Shown here: positions 23,319-64,000 of the stretch, piece by piece
How the letters are laid out: every line of letters starts with the position of its first letter
Numbering within the stretch: position 1 is the first letter of the stretch
Notes under the pieces: generated by a model
The model's input: only the letters and a program-made list of their open reading frames with translations
Told to the model about the DNA's origin: nothing
Database searches by the model: none
Assembly: GCA_048128005.1 (NCBI GenBank)
Contig: JBEUKZ010000104.1
Coordinates: forward strand, 186,001-250,000
Reading direction: 5' to 3'
Origin: Veleropilina oligotropha
Taxonomy: Eukaryota
Length of the DNA stretch: 64,000 bases
Program-made: the position numbers and the translations under genes

Positions 23319-26300
23319 CTACAACCCTTCCATCTCCTCGCAATGCATGTATGCAAAACGGCAATAAAAGATTATTTCATAAAATAGCATATATACTACC
23401 ACACTCAGAGTGTAGTGAGAGGAAATATCCACCTGCCATAATCCCAAAGTGATCCTACAAACCAACAGGCAAGTTCATGGACAGACATATCATGGAAGTG
23501 CGAGAAGTTCTGCCAACCTCCAGTGCACATAATAGTGTCCGCTGAAAACATGTATACAGATGAAAGACATGTACAGTTACGCCATCACTATCGAATTGGT
23601 TGACGAGATGGTGCGCGAAGGTTATTCCTTCTGTTCAATAACATGTTCATGCGGATGTGTACATTGTACCACCTATAAATATATTCGTAAAGTTATTTAT
23701 CTCTCGAAGTACGACGTCATACAATACATCGTGAGCACTGAAACATTTAAGAATATATGCAGATGTTTAGTTTAGTTTGGTGACAACCAAACACGAGAAT
23801 AGTCACTACAGCTAGGGTAGTTATCTTTGAACGTTACAGATGTCCAGCAAGCAGTTATGAAATGTAGACATAAAAAGCTACCAGGAAATTGTAATTTCAT
23901 TTAGTACCATCTGCATGACAACAACAGATGAAAAATTATCCAACGGCCCCTCGCCTAATGTTTAAATGTCGGATGCATTTATACATTGTCAATGAAAATC
24001 GAAGTCGTGAATGGACTGGTGATCGGTTCCGAGGAATATCTGGAAAAGGCTGACACGCAAAAGAGCGAAGCACGGGGTTTTGGAACTCATTTTCATAAGA
24101 ACAGTCCCTGACATCATCCACTACTCGAAAACGTTGCATCATCGCGCGCAGCATTCCAAGATCTGTTGTCGATAGACAACAGACGCAGCATTCACAACCC
24201 AGGGGCGACGCAACCATTTTATGGGGGTATCACCAGCAAAGGGCACCGTATTTGTAAAGAGTATATTGCAAAGAGCGACACTTTTAAATAGCATATTTAT
24301 AAACGCATGATGATCCACGCACGCGCACCAATTGTCATCCCAGATAAACCTTACATGGAACAAACAGACATGTATGGCCTATACTATATATTAAAGACTG
24401 TTTGATATACGCGACACTCTATAGTGGCATGTTAAGGAATTTAATTCAGGGAGGAGTTCAGTTATTATTCCGCGGGCCAATGCTCCATAAATGGCCTACA
24501 AAATGATTTCGTCTACTTTATATTTATTGAGTTTACTAACAACGGTGCGCGTGGGGATGGGGCCCCGCGAGCAAGAAAATTTTAATGCTTAATACTGTGA
24601 AATAGCTTCTCCTGCGTTCTGAAGCTGCGAATGGATGTTTTTAGGGAGTCATTTACACACCATTTCTTCATTCATTGTATAGTCAAGTGTATTCTCTATG
24701 ATATAAGAGGGTGGTGGTGGGCGCTAAAGCCCTGCCATTCATTCTATCTGACAGAATCAGTAAACTTATATGATTTGTTTGGATCGATCCTTGATGTCCC
24801 ATCTTACCACCTTCGGGTTCATACCAGGACACAAATAACATTATAGCATCATAGTATCGCGAGAGCAAAGCCTGAACACCGGGGAGAATCTGCCATCGCC
24901 GACTAGTTATGGACAATACTTTCTGTTATTTCAACAAAGTGCCTAGCCAAGCATTCGAACACACTCTTGTTATACAATGTAGTCTTATGGGTGAATTGAC
25001 AACCAACGCTCTTATCCATCCGACTTCTACTCAACGTTTGATTTACATCATCCGTTGTAGCCTAATTATTGGAATCGAAACTTTCGATTTTCCTTCGGAT
25101 ACAACCTCCATCTCTGATCTGCCAAAATTCCGAATGCTTTCCAATTTCTTCATTGCCATGAAGGCACTTTCTTGAACATCGCATGATTAACAGAAACACA
25201 CGCAAGGATACGTCGAAAAACATCTTTCAATTTTTAAGTATTTGCATGGGTATATGTGGAAAGTAGACCTAAACTCCGCTGCAGCCACTGTAGACTGTCC
25301 TAAATGTGTGTAAAGTTGAAAGGGAAAATGGACGAAAGAGCGGGTCTGGCCTTAAAACTATGACCGATTTCGCTGCCTGAAACAGGAGAATTGGATTCAC
25401 TAAACCAGTGTTTTGGGCGTCGAATTGGACGTAATATCATTAGCCATACAGCGCCCTAAATCGCGTTGCCCGCCCTAAGCCAGTATAAAGGGGAAGAAGA
25501 CCTAAAACTTCTATCTAAACAGCGACAAATAAATTGGGAAAGGGACATATATCCTTGATTACGCTAAAACAATGTTAATCAAATCCACCTTCAGTATTCA
25601 GCATATGCATATGGGGGTAAATAGGCCCACCCCACCCACCCACCCCCCCCCCCCCCACCCCGGTCGCGACGCCCATGAACCAATCAACGTCATGCTCGGG
25701 AGCCGATATTCGGTATAGGGATGTGTTGCTGATCATTCTGCAGAATCAGAAATCCAATGAATCCAGTGGTAATAATATATCGCATTATTAAAAAACAGCT
25801 GGTGCTATGTACAGCCTTTGCTTTGCAAACGTGTGCAGACGAACGAGAGCGCTTGCAAGGGGGATGGCTGCGATACTATATTTTGCTTGAAAGCAAACGA
25901 AATAATGTGCTTCCTAGTATACGTTATTTTCGCGAACATTTCGATGCTTTTCAATAACTATTGCGACGCATTATAATATTAATAATGACAGCTAGGTTTA
26001 TGAATATTCAAACGAACATTCAATGATTCGCGCTAATGTCTTGTAGGCAAAACATTATCACGTTTCACTTACATCTTTCACGTATTCACTTTTTCTTTAA
26101 GAGAAATTCACGTCTCACGCACATCTCTTTTCACAGATTCGGTGTTTCCCGTGTTCACGTTTTAGTATATAATATATCTAATCACGTTTTAACGCACAAA
26201 CCCATTACTACCCCGTGCATGGGATTCATACCATGGTGAGTTCACATTCAACAATTTATATTAATTATTTATTAATTTAAAAATAACGAACCAATGCGTC

Positions 26301-26485
26301 TCGAAAATGAATCCAACTGATTCATGCTCGTAAACCATAAAACTGCACTGGAAACACGCACAGACGTTTGGAATTCATCAAACGGTTACGATAAAGAATA
26401 ATCATGTCTGTGGCCTCTCACAAGAGCTCTTTAGTGTCGAGAAACCATAAATGGTTCATTTTGTTTCAGCAGCCGCGAAGGGACA

Positions 26486-56175
<29,690 letters not shown>

Positions 56176-56297
56176 TTTCTCCAACACCATCTTCTTGTCA
56201 TTTTCATACTTGCATTGCATTATTTCATTATTAATAATTCATGTATTTAATAGGTGTAAGTTTTTTGCAAGATTCATACACGACATTGGCATGTCAT

Positions 56298-56303
56298 AAT
56301 AAA
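56298..56303 (+). terminator. Candidate PHF10 polyadenylation signal AATAAA
   Basis: ~120 nt after the stop at 56175, followed by a GT/T-rich tract (ttcttgttggttttgt). Confidence 0.5.
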
Positions 56304-56573
56304 TGAATAATTAAAAGAATTCTTGTTGGTTTTGTCAGATGTCTAGCCTGTCCTTCATTATCTGTGATACATTAATGATTTGAAAAAAGAAGATCCAGGT
56401 CAAGTATAATTACAAGCATAATCATACAATTAGTATCAGAGTTATGTCCCTTGACGTGTGTAGAATTTACACAATAGATGAGTTCACCAGACATTCGGAA
56501 ACCGCTCGGGATTTTAGTCACATGGCGCCAAGTCATGTGACTGCTGGGCCAATATGAGCCTGGTAGTCAAACA

Positions 56574-56783
56574 ATGGCGGCCGCGACATCGTCTGCATCT
56601 TCGATTCTGTCAAATTCAAATGAATTTTTAGACCTTAAAGAAGCTTACGCCACAGCCAGCGTTCCACTGTCACTTGTAAAATTTAATATTGGAACAATTT
56701 TGTCTTTTTTCATCGATGCCAGAGCCGATTTTAAAGCTATCAGGGCCAATAGTTACGAATTGTTTACGTCGGGGCACGTGCGG
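56574..56783 (+). CDS. First exon of a probable SWIM/YqaJ-type transposon accessory gene (remainder missing)
   Basis: MAAATSS...FKAIRANSYELFTSGHVR followed by a gtaagt donor. The Y.lF.SGHV pattern resembles, from memory, the segment before the SWIM finger in such proteins. Confidence 0.45.
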
Positions 56784-57133
56784 GTAAGTAGAATTCCGGT
56801 GTGTATGCAACTTTTTACCCCTAAAAATGGTCCGGTGATTCTGATTGTATCTTCAAACCAGCATTGACAATATTAAGGCCACATAAAGTTAATTAGTCGA
56901 TTGTCGGCAGTTTATAACAACTAAATGCACTGTTTTAGCTAGGCCTACCTGAAGTGTGTTTAGCGATTTGACTAATTTGCTTCAAAAGTCTTTAGAAATC
57001 AAATATAAAATCTTGACCAATGCTTTAATCCATATCTCTAGTAAATACAATTATATTGAATAATTTGTGATTTAACAAACTTCAACATTGATAAAAGGGA
57101 AACTTTTCAAAATTCTAAGAGCAAACTACAGAC

Positions 57134-58189
57134 TTTTTAGCTCCGCTATGACGCCAGTCAGCGGAGCTTTTCTAATACCGAGTTGTCCGGCGTCCGTCGT
57201 TCGGCGTCTCCATTTGACTTCAAATGCATATATCTCAAAAACTGTCTGATAACTTTTTTTCTAATTTGGTATGAGTCTTCCTTATGATGTTCAGCATGTA
57301 CTCAGGAAAAATTAAAAATTCTACGTCTCGGTTTTCCTGATATTCATGTTTGTTTGTCTGTTTGTTGTCAATTTGTCAGATTTCAGGTAATATCTGAAAA
57401 ACTGTCTGATAACTTTTTTTCTAATTTGGCATGAGCCTTCCTTATGATGTTCTGAATATACTGTGTGAAAATTAAAAATTTCTACGTCTCGGTTGTCCCG
57501 ATATTCACGTTTGTTCGTCTGTTTTTGAGGCCATTTTTCAGATTTCAGTCAATATCTCAAAAACTGTCTGATAACTTTTTTTCTAATTTGGTATGAGTCT
57601 TCCTTATGATGTTCAGCATGTACTCAGGAAAAATTAAAAAATTCTACGTCTCGGTTTTCCTGATATTCATGTTTGTTTGTCTGTTTGTTGTCAATTTGTC
57701 AGATTTCAGGTAATATCTGAAAAACTGTCTGATAACTTTTTTTCTAATTTGGCATGAGCCTTCCTTATGATGTTCTGAATATACTGTGTGAAAATTAAAA
57801 ATTTCTACGTCTCGGTTGTCCCGATATTCACGTTTGTTCGTCTGTTTTTGAGGCCATTTTTCAGATTTCAGTCAATATCTCAAAAACTGTTTGATAACAT
57901 TTTTTCTAATTTGACATGAGCCTTCCTTATGATGTTCTGAATGTACTGTGCGAAAAAAGAAAAAAACCCACATCTCGGTCTTATCGATATTCATGTTTGT
58001 TTTCAATATTTCAGATTTCAATCAATTTCTTAAAATCTGTCTAATAACTTCTTGTCTAATTTGGCATGGGCCTTTCTAATGATGATTTGATTGTACTCGC
58101 CTCCCCCCCCCCCCCCAAAAAAGTGAAGTAATCAAGTTTAAATAAATACGGGCCTTTAGCGGAGCTCTCTAGGCCGATAGGCCTCTTGT
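57134..58189 (+). mobile_element. HINE/DINE-1-like element with ~160-bp repeats in ABAB higher-order arrangement
   Basis: tttttagctccgct...agcggagct 5' inverted repeat, aaaactgt.tgataac every ~160 bp (57238-57883), 3' agcggagct...ggcctcttgt. Confidence 0.8.
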
Positions 58190-58373
58190 CTAAATAACTA
58201 TGATTATTACACAACATTAAGATAATTTAGTACAAATTTGAGTAGAAATGCTTTAGCTTTTTTGCTAAATGGTAGCAAACCTTGTTAAATTGTACATTAA
58301 AATGTCTCCTATTAATTTGAAGTATTTATAGCCATACTTTGCCCAGCATGCAAAGGGTTGAACAACTATGATT

Positions 58374-59629
58374 TCATTTACTGTCATCTGTAGGTGTGCC
58401 GGAACTTGTACTTGTAGCAGACACAGTGAAGCTGCATGCACGTGGAGTAACACTGGACACTGTTGGTTCAATGTGTAGCATGGGAATATTCAATTGTTCA
58501 GTATGTGGCATGGACAAGTGCAATGGTTCAGTGGTAATGTCCAACTGTTCAATGTCCACTTCGCCATCAGGTGTCGGAGTAGAATCGTTGAGATCCAGTA
58601 ACGTCATTGCAGCAGCTCTGTGTTGAAATTCTATAAAACAAAATGCCAAGGAACCAAATATATATATATATAAAGCGTACGACCCAAGCTGTGATGAAAA
58701 TGTCTGTGAAATGCAGGGTTGGCAATTTTCTAGTAGAAACAATTAGGGAAATACTAGTCCAAATAGCCCATGGGATATTGCAATATGGAACATATAATAT
58801 TAAAATGTCTTCTATTAGTTTTGAACTATTTATAGCTATATTTTCCCCAGCATGCAAAGGGTTGAACAACTATGCAGGGCTCATATAAGGGGCTGGCCAT
58901 CTCCCTATATTTTTAGTCCCCTTAAATTAAAAAAATTTCTAGATAATTTAATATGCCACCCCCTTATAATTTAGTAGTATATTCAGGCACCGGGGCCGGA
59001 CAACATTCTGCAATTACTCCTGTCCATCAGACCGACTTTCGTTCATTCACTACGGAGTTACTTCCCTTCGCGCATTTACCATAAATATTCTGAACTTTGA
59101 GCGTAGTCTTAGTTTTAGTTTTAATTTCCCCCCCTTTAAATTCAACTACTTTTAAAGCACGACTCTGGACTTTTAAGTACCAAAATGAAATTCCAGCACT
59201 TCTCATGCGTATTTGCAAGAATTAAGTACTTTTCATTTTTTCTTCAGAATTCAAGTACTTTTCATTTTTTCTTCAGAATTCAAGTACTTTTCAAATCTGT
59301 ACGAACCCTGTGACATAAACAATGGAACCAACTTCGATTAACTTGAAATACAAAAAGGTGAACAATAAATATTTATCAAAATACTAACCAGCTATGTTCA
59401 GTGAAGGCATGGAACCCGCCGTCGAATCACCGTCAAAATGCAATGAGCATATTCTCAAATTTCTGAATTTGCCGAAAGTTGCTCGCATCAGTTCATTTCT
59501 TGAAAACCCCGCTCGTACCAGCCATTCCCTTAATAAAACTTCATTTCTCCAAGGCAGTCTAAAAAATCGAATTTGTCCGCCCTGTATTTGACGGCTTCTG
59601 CACCCTTTAACAATACAGGTTGACGGCAT
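58374..59629 (-). CDS. THAP-domain protein or transposase N-terminus; exons 59629-59389 and 58630-58382 (or read-through to the stop at 58374)
   Basis: MPSTCIVKGC...FFRLP...REWL...RICSLHF...SMPSL fits the C2CH THAP signature. Phase-1 donor GCTG|gttagt joins ttttatag|AA in frame. Confidence 0.8.
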
Positions 59630-59872
59630 AACTACCTGGGAGCCGCCATGTTGTTTGACTGCCAGCCGCTGATTGGTCGATACGTTCGGCATATGGGCGA
59701 ACAACCGTGAATAGCCGTGGGTGTTCGGGGGAACTCTGAGTGAAATCGTCTATACACGGTGTCTGACAACCAAGTTTGATAATCAACACGATCTGATAGT
59801 TTGAACCAGAGTTATGGCCCCTGAATTATGTTAAATTGACAAAGCCTCTAGGTAATTCAAGCAGTAAATTTT

Positions 59873-60105
59873 CACCCAGCCGATCTGAGATCTAAATGGG
59901 TAGGCCTACCTGGTTGGCAGTGGAAGAATATGTCAGAATGACTGGCCAAGCGCCTAACAGGCATGTACTTGACCGTAATACTCTCAGAGAGAGTTGAGAA
60001 GGAATATGAATGAACAGGCCAATAACCAGGGGAATAATAATGTAAGCGCTTTGAGCACGCATTTCATATGTGTGGGAAAGCGCAGATAAATCTTCACATT
60101 ATTAT
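59873..60105 (+). mobile_element. Nin/Deu-domain SINE 3' part with L2-like tail
   Basis: cacccagc...taaatgggta..cctgg, gagttgaga, aacaggccaataaccagggg, gtaagcgctttgagc...agcgc, attattat. Confidence 0.65.
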
Positions 60106-60108
60106 GAA

Positions 60109-60405
60109 TCTTAATATAATGGAGCTATAATTGTATGCGGGTCTGTCTGTCTGTCTGTTTCAAGTTGAACTCCTCCCAGACGCTTTGACCTAGGACCTTC
60201 AAACTTTGGGGGGTTAATCGGGGTCCCCCAAGGAAGGTTTACCACGAAAAAAATTCGGAAAATTCGCGAAAAAAAAAAAAATTTACTATCATTTTTAATA
60301 TAATCGAGAAAAAAAAAAAGAAAAAAAAAGAGCACTATCCAAAAAAAAAAAAAAAAAAATTTGGGCTGGGGGGACTTACCCGGCGAAGACGGGTACCATT
60401 GCTAG
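60109..60405 (+). mobile_element. Non-autonomous Helitron
   Basis: A|TC start, (gtct)n, subterminal hairpin acccggc-gaa-gacgggt, CTAG|T end. Confidence 0.75.
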
Positions 60406-60525
60406 TATGACCAATGATAAATTCATTAACCAGGAAGATTGGTCTATCAGAATCAGAGGCATGTGAATAATGTAAAATTTACATGTCCTGTCGATACGTC
60501 AACCAGTTTTCATCCATTCTTCACC

Positions 60526-60882
60526 CACAGGTACTTGTGGTCAGGACCGAATCCTAAATAAATATAATTATATACTCTAATAGTCTATAATATAACAAAA
60601 ATACACCCCCCTGTTAACATAAACTCGAAACGATAGCACTATATCCAGGCAATCGCATATTTAGAAAGCGCCCGATAGGCGAAGCGTATAACATCTAAAA
60701 ATATATTTTTAGATGTTATACGCTTCGCCTATCGGGCGCTTTCTAAATATGCGATTGCCTGGATATAGTGCTATCGTTTCGAGTTTATGTTAACAGGGGG
60801 GGTGTATTTTTGTTATATTATAGACTATTAGAGTATATAATTATATTTATTTAGGATTCGGTCCTGACCATAAGTACCTGTG
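60526..60882. mobile_element. Foldback MITE: 357-bp near-perfect palindrome, no spacer, 8-bp TSD (P/hAT-type CA...TG ends)
   Basis: cacaggtactt...ctaaaaata|tatttttag...aagtacctgtg; tcttcacc at 60518-60525 and 60883-60890. Confidence 0.9.
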
Positions 60883-61528
60883 TCTTCACCGACTGTGCAA
60901 AGGATGTTTGCAACAATAAAATGTAGAATAAATTTTTAAACCAGCAAGATTGCACCTGTAGAACCAGAGTTATGGGTTTAAAGTATGTAAAATTATTTTA
61001 AATTTGCATATCCCTAATTCGAGCAGGTTTCAATCATTCTGCACCAATGAACCTAGGGATGTTTCCAACCCAGCGAGATCGGACATGTAGATCCAGAGAT
61101 ATTCACGTAGAATTATGAAAATTTGACATGGTACAGTGTCCGATCGATGAAGAATCTGAGCGCAGATTTCTGTTGTTCGTACTCCTGCACTGATCACACG
61201 TCTTGCATAAAGTAAGGGTTCTGACAGGAGAGAACATTGTATTATGCTGATCCATTGGTGGAAGCATACCGTGCAATGTTTAAAAATGTTGAAGAGTTTC
61301 GTATGATGGTGGTCGCAGGACAACCTGCATGGATACATACATACCTGTGGTAACACCACCAACAGCTATGTTGAAATCAACCTTATATTGGACAGATATG
61401 GTGTTCCAGTGTCCATGAGAAAAACTAGGAAGCCACAATGATCTACGCATGTGTCATGCAAGGCGACAGATAACACATCCATTGCCAATGTTTCGATGAA
61501 AAAATTTCTCATTGAACATAAAAAGACC

Positions 61529-61670
61529 GGCTTATGTTATTCAAGGCAGGCTTATGTTATTCAAGGCAGGCTTATGTTATTCAAGACAGGCTTATGTTAT
61601 TCAAGACAGGCTTATGTTATTCAAGGCAGGCTTATGTTATTCAAGACAGGCTTATGTTATTCAAGGCAGG
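61529..61670. repeat. 20-bp minisatellite (ggcttatgttattcaag[g/a]ca) x7
   Basis: Directly visible. Confidence 0.95.
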
Positions 61671-62206
61671 GATTGGATTGGTACGAGTCGATGCTTATTG
61701 TTACGTATTTTAGCAACGGAACCTTCGAGTTCATAAAATGACATGTTCGTATTATGACAGGAGGAAAGTTCAGTGCCCGACGAGGATATGAACGCACTCC
61801 TGTTAGACAGCAATCAAGTGAGTGAATCCAAAGTCTGCATTCTTTTCCGCTCGACTTCTGGTGCAACTTCTTCGTATATAGATGTGAGATATCGGTGGGG
61901 ACTCATAACGGGCAAGGAAAGTCATTTAGGAATTCCTTCTGGCTCATCACCAGCTCCCTCATCTGGCACCATATTCACAGAAAAAAATGTCTGGTTGAAA
62001 ACCATTTGTAAGGATCATTGTGATATAGAAAAGCAAATGTTTTGGAAAACGGGAAGAAGATTGCACTGAAAAGCAGGTGAAGAAGTGCAGATGGCATTCA
62101 CCAGTGGTCCATTTACTTTGGTAGCGTGATACGTGAAATGCGTCGAGGATTATCAAGGATTCTCTTGGAATGAAGACGAGCAGAATTTGGACCAATGCTT
62201 TAAGCT

Positions 62207-63082
62207 AACAGATTGCGCCGAGTTTCATCAACGAAGACCTCTGGGCAAATAAATACAATGTGTAACTAGCGAATCCTCGACCCCGCAAGTCGAGGGAATG
62301 TATCCCCTCCCATTGGAAGCCAATTTTAAATCCGAAAACAATGGAAATGGTGAAAATTGATATGCGTCGTGTCATCACCGTAGCAAACGTGTATATCAAA
62401 TCGGATAAAAACTCTGTTCACAGTAGAGCGCACACAAGAAATCTGGTCAAACAAAATGGCTGCCACGACAGCCATCTTGAATATGAACATGACAAACATC
62501 GTTATGTGCCGTGTCCTCATTATAACTCATGTGCACACCGAATTTGAATCAAATCGGATTAGAACTTTTCACTGTAGAGTGCATATAAGAAATCTCTTCA
62601 AACAAAATCGCTGCCATGACGACCATCTTGAATTCAAAAACAACGCATATCATTATGCGACGTGACCTCATCATACCAAACGTGTAGAACTAATTTGAAA
62701 TAAATCGGATAATAACTTTTCACTGTAGAGTGCACACAGGAAAAAACAACAAAAATCGTCAGGTGGTGTGTCCTCCTCATAACTAATGCCATACCAAATT
62801 TGAATCGACTTGGATAATAATTTTTTCACTGTAGAATAACTTGACATTGTAGAGCGAACACAAGAAATATCTCTAAACAAAATAACCGCCACGATGGCCA
62901 TCTTGTATCCGAAAACGACGAAAATCGTAAGGTGGCGTGTCCTCATCATAACGAACGTGCATGCCAAATATGGATCAAATCGGAGTAGAACCTTTTACTG
63001 TAGAGCACACACAAGAAATCTCTGCAGCAGAGGCGGCTGAACCATACTATATTCCCGAAATGTTAAATTTCGGAGATACAAA
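62207..63082 (-). mobile_element. HINE-like element with ~150-160-bp internal repeats
   Basis: Recurrent aaatcggat...cactgtagag.gcacacaagaaat modules; terminal inverted repeat tattcccgaaa...tttcggagata. Confidence 0.6.
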
Positions 63083-64000
63083 TATATATATACAGGCAAT
63101 ATGTACATGCATATACAAACGATATTGAACCAGGTACTGAGTGTGGATATTTTAGAAAACTGGGTTTTTTCATAATATATGTATATCTAAACAATCATGT
63201 TTCAATATATTTATATATAATTGTCCGGAATTTCGTTAGTGCTTTTGCTGATTTTTTGGTGCCTGCATGAAAGATCGATCAATTAGCAAAGTTTACTCAG
63301 AGTCTCACCGATGTAAAATTAATGGACCATGAAAGTGAGATTTTATTTGTCACATGAGTCAATATTTAAGAAAACATTATTTATTAAATAAAGTAAATCA
63401 GATGCATACTCTTCTTAACAACGTATATTAGTGCCTCTGCAAACAAAACTCCCCAATTAAATATTCATCGCAATAAACACTATTACCTTGCAAGTAAACA
63501 CAAATACTTTTTGGAACTAAAAGTTACTATTATAATTGCATCTATTTGTGAATAAATCTCAGAATACCCAAATATAATATTGCATGTATCACTATCGGGA
63601 AATGAAATCTACGAATACAATTGTCGTCTGCTTTAATGGTTGAAATGAACACGTGCTTTTATTGGCTCATGTCCAAAAGTTACAGTTGAAAAACGTTTAT
63701 TTGTCAAAGCATAATATATATAACAAAACATTTATTCTGGTATATGCGAGGTAAATATGTAATAAATAATAACCTGCCACGCATGGCGATATCGGCCTGG
63801 CAGGTTAATATTTGTCATACATGCTATGAAAATCTATTGTAAATAGCAATCTGTAACCCCTTAAAAATGGAATTGCCCATGATAATAACCGTGCGCACAT
63901 TTATCAAAACAGTGGACTCTTCCATTCACACCTTTTGAGTCCATTGTTAATCCCAAGAGCTGGGCTCCACTCGAGGGAATCCCATTGTTTGGGTAATTAT

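Larger units (their letters stand above)
56476..59751. mobile_element. Internally deleted ISL2EU (PIF/Harbinger-related)-like DNA transposon
   Basis: Imperfect TIR agatgagttcac / gtgaaatcgtct flanked by AT on both sides. Inverted subterminal tgg(t/c)agtcaaaca..atggcggc at both ends. Convergent gene stubs (THAP on minus, SGHV motif on plus). No DDE domain seen. Confidence 0.65.

Noticed and set aside
23936..24363. Minus-strand 93-aa and 74-aa ORFs or a TATA-like site as the bZIP 5' end
   Set aside because: No recognisable domain and no convincing splice link; cannot be supported from sequence alone.
60526..60545. CACAG terminus as a Transib/RAG RSS-like end
   Set aside because: TSD is 8 bp, not 5 bp, and there is no heptamer-spacer-nonamer arrangement.
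61451..61741. 96-aa and 74-aa repetitive ORFs
   Set aside because: Translations of the 20-bp minisatellite.

Overview
AT-rich, intron-containing animal genomic DNA. The SINE and Helentron-like repeats suggest a marine invertebrate, but the species cannot be determined. Host genes: (1) two near-identical minus-strand copies of a two-coding-exon PAR/NFIL3-class bZIP transcription factor (13104-14858 and 20956-22711). They sit in a tandem-duplicated unit (~1640-15376 vs ~16806-23228) that could also be two uncollapsed haplotypes. (2) A 14-coding-exon PHF10/SAYP orthologue on the plus strand (26486-56175, ~1204 aa: long acidic N-terminus, SAY domain, double PHD finger). The rest is a dense transposon landscape: a full-length but frameshifted DIRS1-type retrotransposon (ITRs, ICR, gag, RT/RNaseH/MT, YR) inside a PHF10 intron; a Tc1 relic; a 9-bp-TSD Mutator-type element whose empty site survives in the duplicate; an internally deleted ISL2EU-like element with convergent THAP and SWIM/YqaJ-type gene stubs; a 357-bp spacer-less palindrome with an 8-bp TSD; plus a Helitron, HINE-like elements, SINEs, MITEs and minisatellites. 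Most unusual signals: a repeated long hairpin with conserved tandem G.A mismatches and compensatory changes, arrays of the TTACGTAA (D-box core) motif next to the bZIP genes, and the palindrome. Family assignments come from motif recognition by eye, not database searches.
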